A stretch of 64,000 nt of DNA from Chlamydiota bacterium (GTDB lineage: Bacteria > Chlamydiota > Chlamydiia > Chlamydiales > RGXB01), in assembly GCA_016866495.1 (NCBI GenBank), contig VGMG01000001.1:2550-66549 (forward strand), given 5' to 3'. Positions 53,060 through 62,443 of the stretch are shown piece by piece. The notes under the pieces are model-generated. The model was not told the origin of the DNA and searched no databases. It worked only from the letters and a program-made list of their open reading frames with translations. A program made the position numbers and the translations under genes. Position 1 is the stretch's first letter; each line of letters opens with the position of its first letter.

Positions 53060-54831
53060 GAGATTATCAACTAAAAAGATGGCTAGGAAACGGCCCGTTA
53101 GGTCATACGTACCTTGCTGAACACCGTTTTTTAAAAAGGTCTTTTGCCTTAAAAATTCTCGATGAGTCTCTTTCGCAAGATCGCTTTTTTATTGAGCGTT
53201 TTGAGAAAGGGGTGGAACAGCTTTCGAAAATTGAGGGAGAGGGTTTTACCACATTTCGGTATGTGGGTTGCCATGAGGGAAACTACTACGTGGTCAGCGA
53301 CCTTGTTTTGAATGATCAGGGGAATTCACAGACTCTTTTAGACTATCTCAAGTTAGTCAATTTTCAATTAGACCAAGATCAGATAGCAAATATTTTGGGT
53401 CAGGTAGCACAGGCTTTAGATCGTCTGCACCAGCATCGATTTCAGGACCAGCAAATGGCGCACCGCGGATTAAAATTCTCCAATCTTTTGATGGGTAAAG
53501 AAGGGAAAGTAATCTTATCCGATGCGGGTCTAACGGGCCTTGTTTCAGAAGAGAAAATGCTGCCTAGAATTTATAAAGCTGTTGCAGAAGAAATTCCTCA
53601 TCACGATTCTAAGTACAAGGACTCTTTTTTAAGTGCTTTTTACTTTTTTGCTCCGGAACAAAGGCATGGAAGCCATGTAAATTATACTGCCGATCAGTAT
53701 GCATTTGGGTCATTAGCCTATTATCTCATGCAAAAAAAATTCCCTGAGGGGATCTTTGCTTTACCGGAAAAATGGACCGATTTGATCCGGGGTTGTTTAC
53801 AATATAAACCACAGGATCGCCCAGAAAAGCTTTATGCATATTTCGAGCAAAAAAGTGGTTCATTTGCGACCCCAGTGGATGCCATTTCCAGAGTTTTACA
53901 GACGGAAAAACCGGCCATGGCGGCTGCAACTATCACGGAAAAAACGGAAAAGCTGGTTTTCCATTCGATAGACATACCGCAACCTAAATTACAGGAGAGC
54001 GTGATCGCAAGACCTTCATATGATCCGGATCCTTTAGCTAAATTTAAAGTCGACCAGAATGTAGCTCTTTTCAAGCCGGAGACAAAAACCGAGATTGACG
54101 TAACACCGATTCTCACTCAAATGAGTATTGTACCGAATGGTTTTTACTCCCGAGGATCACAAACCGGAGCCAGAGACGAAAGGCCTCAGCACCAGGTTTA
54201 CGTACATAGTTTCGCTATTGATATCCATTCTGTGACAAATGAGCAATTTATCCGTTTTCTTGATGCTATGGGTGGTGAAAAAGATGTCAACAACAACGAC
54301 ATCATCCACCTAAAAGATTCACGCGTAAAAAGACATGCAGGAAAATTTGTTGTAGAACCTGGCTATTCGAAACATCCTGTTGTGGGTGTCACATGGTACG
54401 GAGCGACAGCTTATGCTAAATGGGTAGGTAAAAGGCTGCCAACTGAAGCTGAGTGGGAGATCTGTGCAAGAGGGGGTTCTAGTGAAGCGGTCTATCCGAC
54501 GGGGCAGTTTGTGGAGCGCTCTATGGCAAACTTTTTCAGCTCAGATACCACGGCCGTAATGAGCTATAAAGAGAATAATTTCGGTCTATTCGATCTTGCC
54601 GGAAACGTTTACGAATGGTGTAGTGACTGGTATGAATACAACTACTACGAACTTTCGCTTCAAGAATCGGATAATCCAAAGGGGCCGCAACAGGGAGTCT
54701 ATAGAGTCTTAAGGGGTGGATGTTGGAAAAGCTTGAAGGATGATTTGCGTTGCTCTCATCGTCACAGAAATAGTCCATCAGCCTCGAATAGAACCTATGG
54801 TTTCCGCTGCGCAGCAGATGTGGAAGCATAG
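53041..54831 (+). CDS. pkn1: Ser/Thr protein kinase-like domain fused to FGE-sulfatase (SUMF1) domain, Pkn1-type
   Basis: Kinase part: LGNGPLGHTY, FALKIL, AHRGLKFSNLLM, ILSDAG and FFAPEQ. FGE part: VTNEQFIRFLDAMGG, HPVVGVTWYGATAYAKWVGKRLPTEAEWE, GNVYEWCSDWY, RVLRGGCW and YGFRCA. Confidence 0.85.
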   Translation: MEPRFVGDYQLKRWLGNGPLGHTYLAEHRFLKRSFALKILDESLSQDRFFIERFEKGVEQLSKIEGEGFTTFRYVGCHEGNYYVVSDLVLNDQGNSQTLLDYLKLVNFQLDQDQIANILGQVAQALDRLHQHRFQDQQMAHRGLKFSNLLMGKEGKVILSDAGLTGLVSEEKMLPRIYKAVAEEIPHHDSKYKDSFLSAFYFFAPEQRHGSHVNYTADQYAFGSLAYYLMQKKFPEGIFALPEKWTDLIRGCLQYKPQDRPEKLYAYFEQKSGSFATPVDAISRVLQTEKPAMAAATITEKTEKLVFHSIDIPQPKLQESVIARPSYDPDPLAKFKVDQNVALFKPETKTEIDVTPILTQMSIVPNGFYSRGSQTGARDERPQHQVYVHSFAIDIHSVTNEQFIRFLDAMGGEKDVNNNDIIHLKDSRVKRHAGKFVVEPGYSKHPVVGVTWYGATAYAKWVGKRLPTEAEWEICARGGSSEAVYPTGQFVERSMANFFSSDTTAVMSYKENNFGLFDLAGNVYEWCSDWYEYNYYELSLQESDNPKGPQQGVYRVLRGGCWKSLKDDLRCSHRHRNSPSASNRTYGFRCAADVEA

Positions 54832-54834
54832 AAA

Positions 54835-55758
54835 GTGGAACTAGTTCTTGTTGCCGTCCGTGGTTTTTGTGCTGGTGTCGTGCGGGCTATTGATACTGTT
54901 TATAAAGCGTTAGAGCTTTATGGAGCACCTGTTTATGTTAAGCATAAAATCGTGCACAACCATTACGTGGTCGCCGCCTTGGAAAAAAGGGGGGCGATCT
55001 TTGTAGATGACCTCGATCGTGTCCCTGAAGGCTCTATTTTAATATTTTCTGCCCATGGTGTTCCCCCTTCTTTACGTGAAAAGGCAAAATCTAGGAATCT
55101 CAGAGTGATCGATGCAACTTGTGGTTTAGTCACAAGGATTCACTCCGCTGTTCTAAGATTCAAAAAAATGGGGATTCCTACAGTCGTGATAGGCCATAAA
55201 AATCACGTAGAAATAGTTGGGGTGACAGGGGAATCTTTAGAGACAACTTTTGTGGTAGAAAAAATATCTGATGTGGATCTAATCCCCTTTGATCCCAAAC
55301 AACCTGTTTCGGTTGTAACACAAACTACATTAAGCTTATTTGACCTACAGCCTATCTTAAATAGAATCCATGAGAAATTTTCTGAGGTAAAGACTCTCCC
55401 TACCTCTTCAATTTGCTATGCAACAACAAATCGGCAACAAGCGCTATTGTCTGCCCTTGAAAGAGCCGATTTAGTTTTAGTTGTAGGGGATCGGGAAAGC
55501 TCGAATGCTGTTCGTTTGACCGAAATCGCCCTTCACCAAGGTGTAGATACTCAATTGATTTCAAAACCCGATGCGTTGGATAAAAGTCTTTTTGAGGGAA
55601 AAAAAAGGGTAGTTCTTACATCGGGAGCATCAGTTCCTGAAAAACTTTTTCTAAGTATTGTCCAAAAAATAGAATCTCTTGTGGAAACAACAAAAATCTC
55701 ATTTGGGGAACCTGAACAGGAGGTTTTTTTTGAACTTCCAGCATCTTTATGGGGCTAA
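54835..55758 (+). CDS. ispH: 4-hydroxy-3-methylbut-2-enyl diphosphate reductase
   Basis: RGFCAGVVRAIDTV, HKIVHN, SAHGV, DATCGLVTRIH, ICYATTNRQ and SSNAVRL. All three Fe-S Cys motifs are present. The start is a GTG, 3 nt after the pkn1 stop. Confidence 0.92.
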   Translation: MELVLVAVRGFCAGVVRAIDTVYKALELYGAPVYVKHKIVHNHYVVAALEKRGAIFVDDLDRVPEGSILIFSAHGVPPSLREKAKSRNLRVIDATCGLVTRIHSAVLRFKKMGIPTVVIGHKNHVEIVGVTGESLETTFVVEKISDVDLIPFDPKQPVSVVTQTTLSLFDLQPILNRIHEKFSEVKTLPTSSICYATTNRQQALLSALERADLVLVVGDRESSNAVRLTEIALHQGVDTQLISKPDALDKSLFEGKKRVVLTSGASVPEKLFLSIVQKIESLVETTKISFGEPEQEVFFELPASLWG

Positions 55759-55810
55759 AAAGGTTTCTTTTTTATTGAAGTTTTATTAGTTCTATTCTAC
55801 CTAACGGTTT

Positions 55811-57700
55811 ATGGCTGATAAAATTGCGCAAGTAGACAGAGGCTCGATGCGCCGAGTTCTAGGTGTATTTGATCTATTTGCTGTAGGTTATGGAGACTTG
55901 GGCTCTTCGATTTACTACGCATTAGGTATCACAACCCTTTATGCATTAGGAGCAACACCGATTGCGCTCATGATTGCAGGTTTTGTATTCATGTGCACAG
56001 CTCTTACCTACGCCGAGATGTCCTCTGTACTTCCAGAAGCGGGTGGATCTGCCTCTTTTTCTAGAAAAAATTTCAATGATCTCATTTCGTTTATCGCCGG
56101 TTGGGGTTTGATGTTAGACTACATTGTGACGATCTCTATTTCTGCCTATTCCATTTCACCATATTTGGCGGTTTTTTTCCCGATTCTCAAAATTGTACCG
56201 GTAAAGCTAGGGGTCACAGTATTTTTCATTTCTTTTCTCATGTTCCTCAATTTTTTTGGTGCAAGACACTCTACAAAAATGAGCCTAGTTTTAAGCCTTT
56301 TAGCAATTCTTACACAGGTAATTATCATCGCAATTGGATTGACTACTGTTGTAGACTTTTCTGTATTTTGGAAAAACCTGGCTATTGGGGGAGCTAATAC
56401 TCAATACTCCCCAACTTGGTTTGAATTTGGAAAAGGAGTGGGGATGGCTATGGTGGCATACACCGGGATAGAATCGATGGCGCAGCTTGGTTCTGAAGCA
56501 AAAAAACCGGAAAAAACTGTACCGAAAGCGATTTTGTTAGCGATGGTAACACTCCTTTTAATGTACATCGGGCTTTCCATGGTGGCGCTCTCTGACATGA
56601 CTCCCCAACAGTTATCAGGACAGTATTTAGAGGATCCGATTGCAGGAATTGTAAAAAACCTTCCTTTTGGTACAGAAATTATTGCCCCCTGGGTCGGTCT
56701 TTTGGCAGCGGTTTTGTTATTCGTAGCGGCCAATGCGGGTCTCCTTGGCGCTTCTAGATTAGCTTTCAACCTCGGAGAATTTTTCCAATTACCCAAGTTT
56801 TTTTACACCCTTCATCCCCGATTTAAAAGTCCTTACGTCGCCCTCTTTTTTTTCGGTTTTTGCGCCTCTATGATCGTGATAATCAGCGAAGGTCGACTCG
56901 ATTTTATGGCAGATTTATACAATTTTGGGGCGATGATAGCTTTTTTTTCTGCACATGTCGCCCTTTTAAAAATGCGTTATAAAGAACCAAATCTTGAAAG
57001 GCCCTTCAAAATCCCTCTAAATATCTCTTTTAGACAGAAAAAATATCCGATTACAGCGATTATTGGGGCTATAGCTACTTTGAGCGTTCTCATAGGAATT
57101 ATTATGAGTAAGCCGGACGGTCGATACCTCGGAATGCTTTGGCTTACGATTGGTGTACTCATGTACACTTTTTTACGGAAAAAATACTCTCTTGATATAA
57201 CCGGCAGTGTGAAATTAGAAAAAGTACAGTTAGGGAATTTTAAAGAGATGGAGATCAAGAAAATCCTTGTTCTTTGTACTTTAGATCCTAATTCGGAGGC
57301 TACGCAGGTTGGATTGATGGCTGCTAAAGCGACAGGGGCAAAAATGGATCTATTGTACGTAATTGAGGTTCCGTTCGCCTTTAGCCTACAGTCTAAATTG
57401 GCCTTCAAAGAGGCTAAAGCAAATGCCTCTCTAGATTTTGCTCAGGCTCTTGCCGTAGAAAAGGGGATGAAGCCAGGTACTTTTTTAGTGCGTTCACGCT
57501 CTTACGAAGATGCAATCGTCAATAAAATCGAAGAGGGGGGGTATGATCTACTTATTCTAGCCGTTCCCAAAAATCTCGATTATTCAGAGAGCGTTGCACG
57601 GGTGATCAATCCGGCTGTAGTGATGAAGCGAACTAAGTCCCGCGTTTGGGTAATCGAAGCAGATACTACCTTTCTATTAATGCCCGAATCAAATAAATAA
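55811..57700 (+). CDS. APC-family amino acid permease fused to a C-terminal universal stress protein (Usp) domain
   Basis: FDLFAVGYGDLGSSIYYALG and approx 12 TM segments, followed by a soluble approx 140-aa tail (KKILVLCTLDPNSEATQVGL...GYDLLILAVPKN) with a Usp-like alpha/beta pattern. Confidence 0.8.
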   Translation: MADKIAQVDRGSMRRVLGVFDLFAVGYGDLGSSIYYALGITTLYALGATPIALMIAGFVFMCTALTYAEMSSVLPEAGGSASFSRKNFNDLISFIAGWGLMLDYIVTISISAYSISPYLAVFFPILKIVPVKLGVTVFFISFLMFLNFFGARHSTKMSLVLSLLAILTQVIIIAIGLTTVVDFSVFWKNLAIGGANTQYSPTWFEFGKGVGMAMVAYTGIESMAQLGSEAKKPEKTVPKAILLAMVTLLLMYIGLSMVALSDMTPQQLSGQYLEDPIAGIVKNLPFGTEIIAPWVGLLAAVLLFVAANAGLLGASRLAFNLGEFFQLPKFFYTLHPRFKSPYVALFFFGFCASMIVIISEGRLDFMADLYNFGAMIAFFSAHVALLKMRYKEPNLERPFKIPLNISFRQKKYPITAIIGAIATLSVLIGIIMSKPDGRYLGMLWLTIGVLMYTFLRKKYSLDITGSVKLEKVQLGNFKEMEIKKILVLCTLDPNSEATQVGLMAAKATGAKMDLLYVIEVPFAFSLQSKLAFKEAKANASLDFAQALAVEKGMKPGTFLVRSRSYEDAIVNKIEEGGYDLLILAVPKNLDYSESVARVINPAVVMKRTKSRVWVIEADTTFLLMPESNK

Positions 57701-57771
57701 ACTAATTAGATTCGAGAACAATTTGAAAAAATAAATTTATCATTCTAGAATCTTTTTAAAGGGGTTATTGA

Positions 57772-58731
57772 ATGCGTTTATTTATTTTAACTTTATTGGT
57801 TTTTTTTGGATTGGAATCTAAAGAACATGCGATTGTTTATATTGAAAGTACTGGTGAACATTCCAGTTGTGTCAACAATTCGATACGGCAGGCAAAATAC
57901 TTCAATCATAGCACGCCCGTATATTTCATAGGATCAAAAGCCAAATACAAAAAAAATGCCGATTTTTTCATAGATAATGATGTCTATTTTGTGGATATAC
58001 AAACATTAAAAAAAGGCAACTTATATCAAGATTTGAAGAAAAATTTTTTAGGTCCCATAGAAAGCTCTATGAGTAATAGGACCTTGGATGAATGGAAAGT
58101 CTCTTTATTAGATTTTGCAATATTTTATGAATTCCTCCGGCAATTTTCTTTAAGAAATGTGTTTTATATGAATCATAAAAATATGATTTATATCTCTTTA
58201 GAAGAGGTGCTGGACCAGTTTTTCAAAAATGATAAAGTCTATCTAGCCAACTATAATTTCTCTTGCGCCAGTAAAAATTTCCTTTTTGTAAAGGATGTAT
58301 CTATTTTGGACAAAATCGTTACCGAATTTTATGAGAAAGATTTACGAAGTTTAGAGAGGGTTTTAGGGAGATGTGGCTTAAAAAAATCTGGATATGTTGA
58401 GCCTCTATCGGTAGTCCCTAAAGAGTACCTTGCTTATATTAAGGCGGCCGGTAAAGACGAAGATTTCGGATCGACAAATCCTTATAGGGGTGCGGTTGAC
58501 TACAAAAATGTTTTGTTTGACCCGGGAATTCATAGCGGTTTTTGCTCTAGAGTTCAATACCCCGTAGCCTGCGAAGGGGCTCTTTGTTTTGTAGCTGAGG
58601 ACTTTAACTATACATGGGAGGATGATCATGAGGGGAGACGGATTCCCTATTTGATTTATGGACAAAAAAAATACAAGCTAGCAAACCTGAATTTCAATTG
58701 CGACAGCGTTGAACCCTTTTTGTCGAAATGA
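57772..58731 (+). CDS. Hypothetical secreted protein, A+T-rich orphan
   Basis: 319-aa ORF with a signal-like MRLFILTLLVFFGLES N-terminus. I recognise no family. It is visibly richer in A/T runs than the flanking genes. Confidence 0.5.
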   Translation: MRLFILTLLVFFGLESKEHAIVYIESTGEHSSCVNNSIRQAKYFNHSTPVYFIGSKAKYKKNADFFIDNDVYFVDIQTLKKGNLYQDLKKNFLGPIESSMSNRTLDEWKVSLLDFAIFYEFLRQFSLRNVFYMNHKNMIYISLEEVLDQFFKNDKVYLANYNFSCASKNFLFVKDVSILDKIVTEFYEKDLRSLERVLGRCGLKKSGYVEPLSVVPKEYLAYIKAAGKDEDFGSTNPYRGAVDYKNVLFDPGIHSGFCSRVQYPVACEGALCFVAEDFNYTWEDDHEGRRIPYLIYGQKKYKLANLNFNCDSVEPFLSK

Positions 58732-58744
58732 AACTTTAAGCCTT

Positions 58745-59551
58745 TTAGGTCTCTATAAGTCTGGGTACACTGCTTAGAAGGGCTTTTGTATAAACATGTT
58801 GGGGATTGGAGTAAATGGTATCACTATCTCCTTTCTCCACAATTTTTCCAAAGTGCATAACTGCAAGATCATCGCAAAGGTATTTTACCATCGCCAGATC
58901 ATGGGAAATGAATAGATAATTCAACCCAAGCTCTGACTTGAGTCGTTTCAGTAAGTTAATAATTTGCGATTGGATGGAAACATCCAAAGCTGCAATCGGT
59001 TCGTCGCAAATAATAAGTCTTGGATGTAAGGCTAGAGCTCGAGCTATAGAGATTCTTTGTCGTTGCCCGCCGCTAAACTCATGGGGGAGTCTTTGAGAAA
59101 AATTAGGGTCAAGTCCTACAAGTTCCATCAGGTTAAGGACCTTTTGCCTTTTTTCGGTGAATGTCAGGTTTTTCATGAAAATTTCTAGGGGTTCCATGAT
59201 CACCTCTTGCGCTGTCATTCTCGGATTTAACGCTCCATAAGGATCTTGAAAGATTACCTGAAGCTCCATTCTGACATCCATCATCTCTTTGCGTGAAAGT
59301 TTTAAAAGATCTACCCCTTGAAAAAAAATTTCTCCATCATCGGGTTTTTCTAAACGCAAAATCAGTTTAGCCAACGTCGATTTTCCAGAACCGCTTTCTC
59401 CAACTAATCCAAGCGTCCGATCTTGAAAAAGATCTAGCGAGACTCCATCGACAGCGGTAATAGAATGCTCTTTATGGGTAAAAATCTTTTTTAAGTTTTT
59501 TACACTAAGAAGAGGTGAACAGCTCATACTTGTCCTTAAATCTGGGATCAT
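58745..59551 (-). CDS. oppF: Oligopeptide/dipeptide ABC transporter ATP-binding protein (OppF/DppF type)
   Basis: GESGSGKST Walker A, the LSGGQRQR-like signature FSGGQRQRISIARAL, and Walker B LIICDEP. The alternative start ATG 59527 would reduce the overlap with oppD. Confidence 0.9.
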   Translation of the reverse strand: MIPDLRTSMSCSPLLSVKNLKKIFTHKEHSITAVDGVSLDLFQDRTLGLVGESGSGKSTLAKLILRLEKPDDGEIFFQGVDLLKLSRKEMMDVRMELQVIFQDPYGALNPRMTAQEVIMEPLEIFMKNLTFTEKRQKVLNLMELVGLDPNFSQRLPHEFSGGQRQRISIARALALHPRLIICDEPIAALDVSIQSQIINLLKRLKSELGLNYLFISHDLAMVKYLCDDLAVMHFGKIVEKGDSDTIYSNPQHVYTKALLSSVPRLIET

Positions 59552-60503
59552 ACAACCAACAGGCCACTCGATTGATCATAGGAGGGGAAAATGAGGCACA
59601 TTGGAGTGTTTTAAATTTGCAGCGGGGCTGAAAAGGGCAACCCGGTATGGGTTTGGATAGGTCAGGAGGATTCCCCTCTATCACCTCTAAGGGTGAGCTT
59701 TTGGGTAAATCAAGCCGCGGAATCGACCTAAGAAGCGCTTTTGTGTAGGGGTGCTTTGGATTTTTAAAAAGCTCTTGGATATTTGCTTCTTCTACAATTT
59801 CTCCTGCATACATTACAAGCGCACGATGACAAAAACCCGATAACAGAGAAAAATCGTGAGTGATAAAAAGAATGCTCATCCCAAATTGCTCTTGAATCCT
59901 TTTTAAAAGGTCCAGAATCTGGGCCTGGATTGTAACATCTAAAGCGGTTGTAGGTTCATCAGCAATAAGAAGTTTTGGATCGGGTGCTAAAGCTAATGCT
60001 ATCATCACCCTTTGACACATTCCGCCCGAAAGCTCGTGGGGATATTGACCAAAACTACGAAGGGGATCTTCTATTTGAACGAGTTCAAGCAGCTCTAAAG
60101 CTCTAGATTTTGCCTCTTTTTTTGTCGCAAGGGGGTGATGGTCCATGTAGGCTTCTACGATTTGATCCCCTACAGTGATAAGAGGACTTAATGAAGCTCG
60201 AGCATCTTGAAAAATCATACCAATTTCTCTTCCTCGATATCGTCGCATCTCTTTTTCGGTTAGTGAAAGGAGATTCACACCGTCGTAGAGTACTTTCCCC
60301 TCCTCAATTTTCCCCGCGTGCGAGGGGATAAGTTGGACAAGTGCTCTGGCCATCTGACTTTTACCACAGCCCGATTCTCCCACAATCGCGACCCTTTCGT
60401 TAGGTTTGATGTTGAAAGTCACGCCACGCACAGCCTGGACTTTTCGCCCCTTAGGGGTAAAAGTAACCCGTAAATTGTGCACTTCAAGCTCAGCAGCTTT
60501 CAT
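59505..60503 (-). CDS. oppD: Oligopeptide/dipeptide ABC transporter ATP-binding protein (OppD/DppD type)
   Basis: GESGCGKSQ Walker A, LSGGMCQRVMIALAL, LLIADEPTTALD, and the C-terminal oligopeptide-type extension with CPFQPRC. The preferred start is ATG 60503 (AGGGGA SD upstream) rather than the track start 60560. Confidence 0.9.
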   Translation of the reverse strand: MKAAELEVHNLRVTFTPKGRKVQAVRGVTFNIKPNERVAIVGESGCGKSQMARALVQLIPSHAGKIEEGKVLYDGVNLLSLTEKEMRRYRGREIGMIFQDARASLSPLITVGDQIVEAYMDHHPLATKKEAKSRALELLELVQIEDPLRSFGQYPHELSGGMCQRVMIALALAPDPKLLIADEPTTALDVTIQAQILDLLKRIQEQFGMSILFITHDFSLLSGFCHRALVMYAGEIVEEANIQELFKNPKHPYTKALLRSIPRLDLPKSSPLEVIEGNPPDLSKPIPGCPFQPRCKFKTLQCASFSPPMINRVACWLYDPRFKDKYELFTSS

Positions 60504-60531
60504 GTTTTCCCCTTTTTGTGGGATAAAATCC

Positions 60532-61392
60532 TCATCGACGTAACCTCGGATCAAAGGCATCCCTTAATCCATCCCCTAAAAGATTAAAAGCAAACATGGT
60601 GACACTAATGAAAAACGCCGGAAAAAAAAGACGCCAGGGATAAAAGCGCAAAGCAGGAAGACCGTCACTGGCCATCGTTCCCCAGCTAGCCATAGGAGCT
60701 TGCACTCCCAATCCTAAAAAGCTCAAAAATGACTCGGTAAAAATCGCTCCTGGGATGGTGAGTGTTACCGTTGTAATTATGGAACCCACCGCATTTGTTA
60801 TAAGATGGTGCGTAAGTATGCGAAACCTAGACGCCCCTAATGCTTTGGCAGCCATGACAAAATCGAGATGTTTGATTTGGTGGATGTGTCCCCGAATAAT
60901 TCTTGCCATATTGATCCAGCCGGTAAGGGTGAGTGCTAGGATGATTGTGGTGAGTCCGGGTCCCATAAGAACTAAGAGGATAATTACAATCAAGAGCTGT
61001 GGTAATGAATTCAATATATCGCAAAATCGCATCATCATTTCGTCTATTTTCCCGCCGATAAAACCGGCAAAAGCTCCATAAATGACACCTATGATCATGT
61101 CGATAAAGGCAGCAGAAATTCCGACAAATAAAGAGATTCTCGCCCCAAGCCAGATGCGAGAAAAAACATTTCTACCCAATTCGTCGGTGCCAAACCAGAA
61201 CTCTTTAGAGGGAGGATAGTTTTTAAGGCTTAGATGTGTCTCATAGTAGCTGTAAGGGGTGAAGAAGGGGGCGATGACCGCTGCGATAAATAAAAAAATA
61301 AGAAGCCATAAACCCACCATTGCGGCTCTGTTCTCTTTCAAGCGAAAGATAGATTCCCTGAAGTAGGGCAAAGTGCAATTGGTTGCGTTCAT
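60532..61392 (-). CDS. oppC: Oligopeptide/dipeptide ABC transporter permease (OppC/DppC type)
   Basis: Six-TM BPD_transp_1 permease with the N-terminal OppC-type segment (FWFGTDELGRNVFSRIWLGARISL) and an EAA-like loop (AAKALGASRFRILTHHL). Confidence 0.9.
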   Translation of the reverse strand: MNATNCTLPYFRESIFRLKENRAAMVGLWLLIFLFIAAVIAPFFTPYSYYETHLSLKNYPPSKEFWFGTDELGRNVFSRIWLGARISLFVGISAAFIDMIIGVIYGAFAGFIGGKIDEMMMRFCDILNSLPQLLIVIILLVLMGPGLTTIILALTLTGWINMARIIRGHIHQIKHLDFVMAAKALGASRFRILTHHLITNAVGSIITTVTLTIPGAIFTESFLSFLGLGVQAPMASWGTMASDGLPALRFYPWRLFFPAFFISVTMFAFNLLGDGLRDAFDPRLRR

Positions 61393-62330
61393 TGATTTCT
61401 CCTTATGCGTGGATCAATTGAAAAGGATAATAAATCCACAATGAAGACAGCGATCATCAAAATGGCACTGTAAAAAAGTGTGATACCCATAATCATGGTG
61501 TAGTCACGGTTTGTAATACTCATCACAAACCAACCACCAAGACCGGGGATACCAAATATTTTTTCAATCACAAAACTCCCTGTGATGATACTGGCAAAAA
61601 GAGGTCCAAGATAAGATAAAACGGGTAATATACAATTCTTCACTACATGCCTTAGCAAAATTTTCGATGTCCCAAGACCTCGGGCTTTGGCAGCAACAAT
61701 GTATTCCTGTTCAAGAATTTCCACCATATTACTGCGCACAAGCCTGGCAATAAATGCTGTCGGGAAAGCGCTCAAAGAGACTGCAGGAAGAATCATGTGC
61801 CTGAATTCTCCCCAGCGGGCAATAGGGAGAAGATTGAATTTCATTGCAAAAACGTATTGCAAAAGGGTAGCTAAAATGAAGCTGGGGACGCTCATTCCAA
61901 TCACTGCCATAAGCATCGAGAGCCAGTCTTGCCATTTTCCCCTACATAAAGCTGCAAGTGAGCCTAGTGTTCCCCCCGCTACGATAGAAATAATTAATGC
62001 AAGGGCACCTAAAGTTGCCGACACCCCAAAACCCTCTCGGATGATATCTTGTATCATTCTACCCTCGTATTTAAAAGAGGGGCCCAAGTCAAATCGTATC
62101 AGACCCTTTAAATAGTGAATATACTGCTTGTAAAGGGGCTGATCTAGTTCGTAATGGGACATCAAACTTTTTAAAATTTCTTCAGGGATAGTTTGCTCTT
62201 GAGAAAAGGGATCTCCGGGAATCACATGCATCAAAACAAAGGTTGCGGTTGCCACCAAGAATAAAGAGAATATCAGTGTGAAAAATTTATAGGTGAGGTA
62301 GTAGGCCCAGGACATCGGTCCTATTTTCAC
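61389..62330 (-). CDS. oppB: Oligopeptide/dipeptide ABC transporter permease (OppB/DppB type)
   Basis: OppB-type N-terminus (VIPGDP...) and an EAA loop (YIVAAKARGLGTSKILLRHVVKN). Its stop overlaps the oppC start by 4 nt. Confidence 0.9.
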   Translation of the reverse strand: MKIGPMSWAYYLTYKFFTLIFSLFLVATATFVLMHVIPGDPFSQEQTIPEEILKSLMSHYELDQPLYKQYIHYLKGLIRFDLGPSFKYEGRMIQDIIREGFGVSATLGALALIISIVAGGTLGSLAALCRGKWQDWLSMLMAVIGMSVPSFILATLLQYVFAMKFNLLPIARWGEFRHMILPAVSLSAFPTAFIARLVRSNMVEILEQEYIVAAKARGLGTSKILLRHVVKNCILPVLSYLGPLFASIITGSFVIEKIFGIPGLGGWFVMSITNRDYTMIMGITLFYSAILMIAVFIVDLLSFSIDPRIRRNQ

Positions 62331-62443
62331 CCATTTAGCAATAAAAGGGAAGGTGTGTCCTTAAATCCAGAGTTTATGTTATCCTTAAACCTGTCTTAAA
62401 GGAATTATTTCTCTTTTCAAGTGGGGGAAACCATCAAAAAGCT

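Noticed and set aside
56401-57408. 131-aa and 143-aa ORFs antisense to the APC-Usp permease gene
   Set aside because: They are shadow ORFs of a polytopic membrane-protein gene.
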